Of a stretch of 64,000 bases of DNA, positions 26,435 through 35,575 are shown piece after piece. A program made the translations under genes and the position numbers. The stretch is taken from contig JARDVH010000025.1 of NCBI GenBank assembly GCA_030324005.1, positions 73,338,803 to 73,402,802 on the forward strand, read 5' to 3'. Each line of letters opens with the position of its first letter. Position 1 is the first letter of the stretch. This DNA comes from Negaprion brevirostris. Lineage: Eukaryota. The notes under the pieces were generated by a model that saw only the letters and a program-made list of their open reading frames with translations, searched no databases and was not told the DNA's origin.

Positions 26435-26750
26435 GGGATATAACAGACAATTTTTCATATTGTTCGGCACGTGCCAGTGTTGTGGCTATTCTGGAACTGT
26501 TTGGCTAAAGATGCAGTCAGTTCAAGAGTACAAGTTTTCAGCACTTACTGGAATGTTTTCAGAGCCCGTGGCTCTTGGAGTATCTCGTGCCTTCAGCCGT
26601 TTTGATTCACTCCACATGAGATCAAGAATTCGCTGAAGACAGACAGCTGTAATGCAGAGGACCCCGAGAAGGGGCCGAGACCGCTCATTCACTGGGCATC
26701 TTTTACACTGATGTGAAGGACTCCCACATTATTGAAGATGATGGCAAGAT
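26435..26750 (+). pseudogene. Degenerate Ser/Thr protein-kinase fragment (subdomains about I and IV-VII)
   Basis: One frame reads FQHLLECFQSPWLLEYLVPSAVLIHST*DQEFAEDRQL*..AHSLGIFYTDVKDSHIIEDDGKI, with spacing close to the kinase consensus L..FQ..LEY..(14)..F.E..(16)..HSLGI.YRDLK.ENI...DG.I; a G-loop-like GYSGTVWL lies upstream in another frame; two stops. Confidence 0.5.
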
Positions 26751-26822
26751 ATGGGCTGGAGAATGTAAAATAGTCTTCGTGGCAGTGGTTATCAGAGGAA
26801 CTCTGCATGTAAAGGATAGAGA

Positions 26823-27180
26823 CATCACTGGACTAGTAATACAGCGGCCCAGCTTATTACTCTGGAAACTCGAGTTCTAATCCACCATGGATTTTAAGTT
26901 AGATGACTAAATCTTTAATTATAAAGCTGGTCAGTAATGGTGACTATGACAGTGATGATCAATGTTGCAAAAACCCATCTGGTTCATTGATGCCCTTGAG
27001 GAAAGGAAACTCCTTACCTAGACTGGCCCTCATGTGATTTCAGACCCACAATAAGGTCGTTAACCCTGAACTGTGCTTGGAAATTATCAAGCAAGCCAGT
27101 TGATTCAAGGCGCAATTAAAGATGGGCTACACATGCTGACCTTGTCAGCGATGCCCACATCCCCTGAAAGAATAAAATAT
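26823..27180 (+). mobile_element. tRNA-derived SINE sharing its 3' tail with the CR1/L2-group LINE
   Basis: CACTGGACTAGTAAT..GAGTTCTAATCCACCATGG head, AAACCCATCTGGTTCA core, tail GGCGCAATTAAAGATGGGC..GCCCACATCCCCTGAAAGAATAAA. Confidence 0.85.
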
Positions 27181-27239
27181 AAAGGATATTTTAAAATCCT
27201 GAAAAAGGAGAATGGAGCCATAACAGTAACTGCAATAAA

Positions 27240-27960
27240 GACTGAGAAACTGGAAGAAAGGGATGAATTCTTGCAGGTAGTGTGGGAATTGTTAGCATTA
27301 GTGGGTTTCTAATGGATATCTTGCAACCCAGAAGCAGGTTAACGTTTTGGATGTTGGCGCACAGTGATGGCAAGAGAGAAGGAAAGTGAAAATCCGAGAT
27401 GAACCATGTAAAGGTCAGGAATGGGTGGAAATTGGGGCACGGTTAAGGGTGTTTTCATGATCACTGTGTGAGAGCAGGAAGCAGAAATCCACATGAGTCA
27501 CCAGTGTAACAGGAGGACATGAATAAAGGAAACCTGAGTCGTATTGAAACAAAGAATGTTCCACATAGCCTAAAAAAGGGCAAGTACAGCTCAGTCTCCC
27601 ATAGCAACATTTTTAAACTGGAGTATATGAGCAGTGCTCAAGATATTTATTCAAGGTCATATCAAGCAGAAGAGGAGGTGGCTGGTGATTGTTTGGGCTC
27701 CTATTCCAGAAAAAGTAGCACTTCTGTCCCACAGCTGTTTTTTTACCAAAAGGTCTAAAGGAGCTACAAAAAGAAGATATGGGCTGGAGAATGTAAAATA
27801 GTCTTAGTGGCAGTGGTTATCAGAGGAACTCTGCATGTAAAGGATAAAGGCAAGACATGGGAGAGGCATAATTGTCAAGATATAGGAAAAGTAATTCAGT
27901 GAGATAGCAAATGTAAATTAAGGTATGTGATGACAGTCCCAGCAATACATTTTGGGAAGG
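27240..27960 (-). mobile_element. Penelope-like RT relic
   Basis: Minus strand gives VAMG..LF.GYVEHSLFQ near 27540-27610, matching the PLE RT motif GVAMG..YACLFVGYVEQSLF. Confidence 0.65.
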
Positions 27961-28333
27961 AAATTGAAACAGTGGTGTAGGGTTAAGGTTTAAATAAGTT
28001 GAATAACTGATTAAATTTAGAGTTTTGGTGATGATTCAGATATATTTACATTGATCTGCAGAATACACCCTCTCGCAATGAACAAAGTTAGTTCCTCAAA
28101 AGTCAACAGGAGGAGAATTAACTAATGTGACATCTTTCCTCTGTTTTTCTTTGAATAGTAAACCACCAATTATTATTACTACCCTGTTTATTCAACTTCT
28201 GTCCTTATCTCTTTGCTTTTTGACTTAGGTACACATTTGTAATAATCTTGCAAATCACTGAGGTGAGATATTTGTGACTCTTAAAACATACGAGATTGGC
28301 CAATTTAAATTATTTTTCTTGTCTTTTGTCAAG

Positions 28334-28613
28334 CCAAAGATGCCTATCGTGCTACGTTTTGGATAACTTTTGCTTCCCTTGGAGAAAACCTCCTTAACAA
28401 GGTGTACCAGCTGGTGCTAACCAGTCTGCTGTGGGAAACAAGGTGGGACAATGGATTTTGCAACAAGCTCTTGCAGTGCTGCAGCATATGCAAGTGATTG
28501 GATCCTGCAAGTTTATTCTGGATTGACCAGGAATTGAAAGTAAATCTCTTGGACATTTGCAGTCTCAGAAAAATGAAATACTTGGGTACTTGAAGAAAAT
28601 TTGCAATTTTTAA
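28334..28613 (+). pseudogene. Coding-like relic: either a Rho-family GTPase C-terminal half, or (28334-28401 only) a kinase subdomain VIII exon
   Basis: With frameshifts: CLSCYVLDN / ASLGENLLNKVY / VGNKV(D) / QQALA..IGSCKF / SGLT / KKICNF*. A strong acceptor precedes 28334 and a GT follows 28401. Confidence 0.4.
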
Positions 28614-30059
28614 AAACACTCTGTTGATGATGAAAATATTGAAGATCAGGGAATAAAGAATGTTTGACTGAGAAGGGCAATTGGAGGCAGCAGAACATTT
28701 GATGTAAGCCTCCATTAATGCATCCACCCAGGATTGTCAGCCCTCAGTCCCATATGCTTTGCTACTCATCATTTGTAAAGTTTATTACCATAATGTGGGT
28801 GAGGTTCACTGACCATGTAGTACTTTGAGCTGAATCTGGGAACATCTGGAACAACTAATTACTCATTTGAGCTGCCAAGCTTTCAGTTCTAATGCACAGG
28901 GAATATGATTTCTGGCACAATATCAAATTAAAAGTTGCATTGTGGTCTCTCGATGATTCACTGCTTCCATTGCACAGAGAGCTAGGTACTGCTGTAGTAG
29001 TCAGTGTGGTTCGTTAGTTTAACTGTGGAAGAGCATCTATTTCCCTACTCTGCATGTGTTTCGAGTTTGAATCAAAGAATTGTTACACTGCAGAAGGAGG
29101 CCATTTGGCCCATTGTATCTGCATCAGCTTTCCTTCCTCCGTGGAATGTAAATATTCCTGTTCAATGATAAAGGATGGAGTCCGCATTAGGAGTAAATGT
29201 ATGCTGGAAGATGACTTTCTGTGCATCTACATGGATAAAAGCGAGAGAAAGATTTTGTAGCTATGTCCACCCCTACTGCTGAGAGTTGTAGGTGTCATTT
29301 GAGCCATTGATATATACAGAGAGCGTGGTGTCTAGCTTCCTTTCCTGGTTTTCATGTTAGTCAGCATTGTTGACACAAGAATTAGGAGCAGGGGAAGGTC
29401 ATCCTGTTCCTTGAGCTTGCTTCACCATTGAGTAGGATTCTCTCTCCTTGGGTGTTATGGTGAGAAAAACAGGTCATTTCACATCAAAAATGAAGTCTGA
29501 TGGAAGGCTTTTGACCTGAAACTTTGACTTTCTCCCAGATGCTGCCTGCTCTGTTCCATATTTCCAGCATTTTCTGTTTCTATCTGAAAGCATGTTTGTT
29601 TCCACACATGTTGATGATACCCAGCTCTACCACACCACCACCTCTCTCAACCCCTCCATCATCTCTAAATTGCTTATGCAATGGATGTGCTGTGCTGATT
29701 TTTTTTGTTGTTTATTCATTTTACTATTTCATTCTTTCTCCTCCTGACTTATTTTTAATGGACTGTACAATGGCTTCAGGGGCAGTTTTTCAGGGAATCT
29801 TATTTGCTAGGTGTGTATATATTGTCTGTCACCAGTTGCTCTTTAGTGTGAGAATAACACCAGATAAATGCCAGTTCCTGCAGTCTGCTGCTACCATTTC
29901 CAAGATATTTTATTTCAGTTCTCATGCTCTCCTTCAGGCAGCATTCACCTTTTCTGCCATTGCTTCTTTGAAACCAGTTGCCGGTAAGTTAGTCGGCGAG
30001 AACAGCCATGGATACCTCCGTTGTGGTTTTCCCTGGCTCCCTGGAGAACAACGAGTGAA

Positions 30060-30260
30060 AGATAGTACAGCTGAGTGGTAAAAGTTGAGTTCCTTCAGCA
30101 GTATGTCAAGCCCAGCTCAGTCCTGGTGAGTGTAGTTTTGCCCTTCAAGGCCTGAGGTCGATGAGTTATTTTATCCATCTGAAAAAGATGAAAGACTGAG
30201 AGAACCCAATTAAGATTCAAATGCTCAACTAACTTCTGCCCAGAACTGTATATTCAATGG
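30060..30260 (-). mobile_element. Possible MetaSINE-like relic
   Basis: Reverse complement CTCAGTCTTTCATCTTTTTCAGATGGATAAAATAA resembles the Meta-domain consensus as recalled (CTCAGCCTTCCATCCTTCCGAGGTCGGTAAAATGA). Confidence 0.35.
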
Positions 30261-30653
30261 AACATGTTCTGGTTTTATCTGCTCGTGACTTGAGACCATG
30301 AATTTGCTGAGGATTCACAACATGGATGTGCAGCACTGTCACCATACCTGCTATTTCTAGCAATTTTTGTCGATTTATATTTTTGATACAGTATTATTGA
30401 CATTTTCTGAATGGAACTTTCCTGGGCCTATGAGTTCTGTATATTTAAATTTCGGATAAACTTCAACTTTGACGTTTGACTGAAACAAGACATAACGAAA
30501 TAGAAAAGCTGCCAGTTCTATCATTTCTTATTGTACATTGACAAGCGAGTTGCAGAATTCAATGATTAACTTCAGATTTGCTGGTTTAATTTTTAAACTT
30601 TTATCACTTCCACTCTACCATTGCATGTCTACGAACAAATGTATGTAGTTCAG

Positions 30654-30778
30654 AATGGCGGTATGAGGAGTAAGGCTGCAGTTTTTTTGTGGTGGACTGA
30701 GATTGGTTATTCCTGTGTTTTGGAATTAACAGCTGAAAAGCCTGTGGCATCATTAAGTGTTTGTAAAATTAGCTTAAG
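30654..30778 (+). CDS. Candidate exon, kinase subdomain IX-like
   Basis: cag|...AG|gtaagt boundaries; open frame NGGMRSKAAVFLWWTEIGYSCVLELTAEKPVASLSVCKISLR resembles KAVDWWSIG...EL..GKPPF. Confidence 0.35.
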
Positions 30779-31350
30779 GTAAGTGAAGCTTCTGACAAAG
30801 TTTGCTTGCTTGAATGGTAGATTTTGCAAAGTGTGCGCAATTACTTTTTAACCTAATCCAAAACAAATTGAAAGAAATTGCTCTTCATTGTGAAAATGAT
30901 AATTGGACTTTCCCTCAGAGTCGATCCCCTTTTCTCTAGATTTTGCTGACTGACTGTCTCGATTCTTGCAGGGAAGCAGTAAATGTGCGTATAGAGGACA
31001 ACAAATCTGGCAAGGTTGGGAATTTGGAGGCTCTGCTTATCTTAACTTGTTTGATTGTTTCCAGAGACCCACTCGATATCTAGGTAGATTGACTACCTGG
31101 CTGGCAGATGGGAGTGGGAATCTAATGGCAGGAGGCAGAGAGTCAGTGAATGGATGGAATTCCCTGCAGCTATGTGATATTACTGGGCTGGTGAGAGTGG
31201 GGGGATTGCAGGGGTTTGCTTTTAACCAGATATCATGAAAATGGTTTGGATGTTGGGATTGGCCTTGAGGGATTTGGGGAATACTACATCTTTGGCCCAC
31301 ACAGAGTTCAGAGAAAGCTAAAGTTTAAAAACTAATGAGTCTCTTTTTAG

Positions 31351-31639
31351 AATTTTAAATCCTTATATGACAATTTCCGTGGGTTTGATGGTGCAGGGGA
31401 GGAAGATGATTAAGTTTGAGACCACTGATTTTACAAACATTTTCAGCACTTTGGCAAGTTCACTATTCTTCGTGCATTATTCTAAGAGAACATCAGCAGA
31501 CTGTTCAAGCATGGAACCCATTTCTGTTGAACCTTATTGTCTTCACCTGTCGTCCAAACCCACTCACTTTGCACCAGGAGCTCCATGGATTGTAGTCAGA
31601 AGTAGAAACAATAGCCTTTCCCCTCCTTCAACAATCTGA
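31351..31639 (+). CDS. Candidate exon, kinase subdomain X-XI-like
   Basis: Acceptor ctctttttag; open in phase 2 through to the stop: ILNPYM..IKFETTDFTNIFSTLASSLFFVHYSKRTSADCSSMEP.., compare DAPK/MLCK-type FEDEYFSNTSALAK....KR. Confidence 0.35.
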
Positions 31640-33649
31640 AGACAATTACATGGTCCTGAATGTTTAAAAATGCGATGAGCGGAATTATCCTCTCCCACCA
31701 TCAGTTGAATTTGTGGCGGATGGGAGTTGAAGATAGGGAAGGATGTAAATATCGACATTGGGAAATGAGTCCAGGATCTTCCTCTGCCAACGTTCATGGT
31801 GGGTTGATGGTGGTAACTGAAGCTTGGCGGGAACCCATTTTGCATCTTGAACATGCTCACTAAAACCTCAACACATCAGAATCATGCGTCCCCAGTAAGT
31901 CTGATTTTAGCATGCAATTCTGATCCTAATTGATGACTACCATAATTTGTGTGCTAAACCAGAAACCTGTATGCTTAATATTCCAGCTCTCTTTAGAAGC
32001 AATTTTCACAGAGCAATATTTTTGTGTCCCATGCACCCACTTTCACGGAAGGCTTGGAGTCCACTGGCTGATTTACAGTACATCATGACCTGATGAAAAA
32101 ACTGCGCAGGTTCTTGGATATGATTCCGGAACGCTAGTGGAGCCAATTTTATCATCCTGCAGTACCTGGTGTTTCTCTTGTCGAATCTCCTCCCATACTT
32201 CCTGCAGACCAAATAAGACGTTTAGAGAGATAACGTGACCAAACAGCAGATATACCAACCTTGCCATCTCATAAAACAAGAGACAAATTCTGAAAAAAAA
32301 ACAAGAAACTTGGTACAGTGATCAAAGGGACCATGGATGTATCTCAAGGGCTCACTGCAGAGCAGTTCAGAAGCTGAAGCACTGTTAACTTTGAGCTTGA
32401 AATCTGAAACCGCCTTTTTCCAGGCGATTCTGTCGTCTGAATCACAGAGTGCAGTTATTGGGGGGCCATGATTCACTGCTGTGTTTAAAATCATCAACCA
32501 ATTGCCTCATAAGTAGCACTATAAATTGAAATCAAACAACTTACCAACTCTACTATTAGTTGCTTGGTTTACTATTGAGGTTAACATGCAACTGCCATGA
32601 ACTCAAAAAGTTCTGCTGTGATTAAAAAGCATTTAATTCACAATTTAAGATGAAAAATAGATTTCTAGGAATACTATTTGGCAAGGGATAAGCTTCAGGC
32701 TTTATGTAGTCCTGGCAAGGCTGGCAACAAGACAGCTTCAGGATTGCAAAGCAACGTGCTTTGGCAGGCCCTCACTTATGGATGGATCCCTCTGCAGACA
32801 GCTCTCTCGAATCTAAGAGTAGGCACAAGCATACTTGATCAGGTACATATGTGTAGGTCCGAACCAGAGCATGTGCACAGAATGATTGCAGATGAAGCTG
32901 AATTTGACTAAGAAATCAAACCTCTTGCTTTGCGTGAATTGGCATGTCTGATGCCCTCCTTCCAGTGATGATTCCTGTACATTGTCCAATGTAGTACAGC
33001 AGCACAGGCCTCATTCTTTTTAGGTGAAATCCTCAGCAATTTTCCAGAATAAATGTTTATAGAATAGTGGTGAAATCTTGAAAAAATGTCCCAGAAAACT
33101 ATTGATGTATTGTAAATGTTCTCTTCACACCATCACAAGTAATCTGTAGAAAGTGGTCTGCCTTTAAGGAGTGCTCTGAGTTCTCAGCAAAAATTTGTTT
33201 TCTTCAGTTGGTTGCTGTTCAGAGAAGGTGTTATGTTAAATGCTGTCCACCAAAATGCTGTGAAACTTGATTAATGATAGCCAACAAGCAATTAAAGTGC
33301 TAATGAGGTCCTTAACAGTCCTCCTGCTGGCTGTTCCTAATGCAAGCTTCAAATCTTTTACCAAGGTGGCATCTTAGACACAACGCTGGTTAAAATGATA
33401 TTGCAGGCCAAGACCTCATCTTGGAGATTCTTTAGAGGCTGAAAGGATTGTCCAAAATCACTCCCTGACGTTCTTTAAAAGAAACAGCAGCCTGTTTGCC
33501 CCACCTTGCTCTCCGTGTAGACCATTCCAGTGCTAGAGGTAGGCAACTTATGTGTTCACTCATGTTTATGCTGCTAAACAATTCAGTTGTCTTATTTTTA
33601 TCAAATTTATTTATTTCCATTCTTTCTAGAAATTTTCTCAACTTTTTCC

Positions 33650-33965
33650 TGATAGAAGTCTACAAAATTATGAGAGGCATAGATAAGATGGATAGGCAGA
33701 CGCTTTTTCCCAGAGTGGAAGGGTTGACTGCAAGAGGGCACAGGTTTAAGGTGAGAGGTGGTAAGTTTGGGGCGACATATAGGAAAGTTTTTCACACAGA
33801 GGATGATGGGTGCCTGGAACACACTGCAAGTGGAAGTGGTGGAAGCAGGCATGTTAGCAATGTTTAAGGTGTTTCTTGATAGACACATGAACATGAAGCG
33901 AACAGAGGGTTAGAAACTGCATATCGGTGCACTTGGTGGTCCTGTGCTGTATTGTTCTTGGTTCA
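33650..33965 (+). mobile_element. CR1 LINE 3' end
   Basis: LIEVYKIMRGIDKMDRQTLFPRVEG..RGHRFKVRGGKF. Confidence 0.9.
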
Positions 33966-35316
33966 TGCTATCAGCTCAGTGTATGGGGAATTGACACGAG
34001 TCCAATTTCCTATTTTATCACGTTGAGACATGTATAGGTCTGCCACAGTGGATTGCCAAGACATGAGCATTTTCACATTCTGCTTTGAAAATCAACCAGA
34101 GAGCATCTTAAACTTTAAGGGAATCTTTGCACAATCCATTAACAACAGATACGGTCTCCTTAGTAAGAAGAACGTATTGGCAAAACAAGTCAGCATTTAC
34201 ATATATGGGGTTGTTTACCATGTTCAGAACTTGTTCTGCTCCACTGCACAACAGTGGGTTAAACATCTGGAAAAAGATGCTTGAACCACACGCAAGTTGA
34301 ATTGTAATTTCCCCTAATAGCAGCTGCAAAATTCTTTTCAAATACAGCCTTTTAAAGTTGACTGTTTCTAAGCCTGTGGTGAATAGCTTTCATTCCTACA
34401 TTATTGAGGCTGCTTCAGTAACTTGTCTCTGTAATTTGAGAGAAGTTCGTTTTAATGACTACTCAACAAATGGAAGCTGGATTTGAAGGACTTGCTGTAC
34501 ATTCTTTTTCTCAAACAATGCAGCCTAATCTGTTCAGTTTCTCAATTATTTGTCTAGTTGTGAGGAAGATGAGATGTTTGAAGGACATCAGGTTTTGCTT
34601 TTAGTGTTTTTTATTCCCGGAGATTACAAAAAAACTGAAAAACAACAGGCGCCTGGAAAACAGCCAGCTGCAACACTATAACGTTTGGAAATACAAAAGG
34701 GCTTCGAGGGTGCAGTGTGCTGCTGGTGTAATGCGACAAATTTGGAGTGCTTCGTATTGTCAGCAGCACTTTCCCACAGGTTGGTAAGTAAAATTTTAAA
34801 TGATTGATATGTGTCACTCGACATTATTTGATAGTACAAGCAATTCAGTTTAACCTTTTGTGGATTGCTAGTCTACCTATCTAGGAAAATAAGTTGAATG
34901 GTGATGTGGGTGGCAATGGTGAAAGTTTAGAATTTTATATTTCACTTGGCCTTGCCTATGAAATAGAGACTTGTCGCACATCTACAAAGATGTTTTCATT
35001 GTTGTCTGTAATCTTCAGCATTTATGTGCTTTTAAAAGAATCAGCAAACACAATTTAAAGGTAGAATAAATGGTGATACAGTGCACAATTTAAATTATCA
35101 GATAATGTTCTTGTTAAGGTTAAACATAGTGATTGTCCTGGAAAAGGTGAAGTTTATTTATCAGTCACAAGTAAAGCTTACATTAACACTGCAATGAACT
35201 TAATGTGAAATTCCCCATTTGAACGTTAATTTAGATTCTGATTTCATCTCCAAAGAAACTATTCAACTTTGTAACAATCAATGAATACCTTGTTTATTTA
35301 TGTTTGTACTCCACAG

Positions 35317-35337
35317 GTTAGAGTTGGCGCAGACTGG
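35317..35337 (+). CDS. Candidate 21-nt microexon of an unidentified host gene
   Basis: tgtttgtactccacag|GTTAGAGTTGGCGCAGACTGG|gtaaat; frame-preserving, GC/CpG-rich inside AT-rich non-repetitive flanks. Confidence 0.35.
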
Positions 35338-35518
35338 GTAAATTCTAAAATTTAAATAGGTTCAATTCAGAAGTTACTTTGACCTCATGTGATCTAATTA
35401 TTTTCATTTCCTTTCATTAAAATTGGCACAATTGTATTAATTCTTGTAAATCATTTCTGTTATGAAATAAATGCTTCTGTTCCTCAGATTGCACGTTTTG
35501 TTCTACCTGTATTTACAG

Positions 35519-35575
35519 CCCGGTCAACAGTGTACACTGTTGCATTATGCCTTGCGTCATTGCTGGCTATTGCAG
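35519..35575 (+). CDS. Candidate 57-nt exon of an unidentified host gene
   Basis: ttttgttctacctgtatttacag| ... GCAG|gttgct (weak donor); all three frames open; frame-preserving. Confidence 0.3.

Noticed and set aside
29524-30081. 185-aa plus-strand ORF
   Set aside because: Starts inside a Penelope pLTR, is T-rich and low-complexity, and has no recognisable domain
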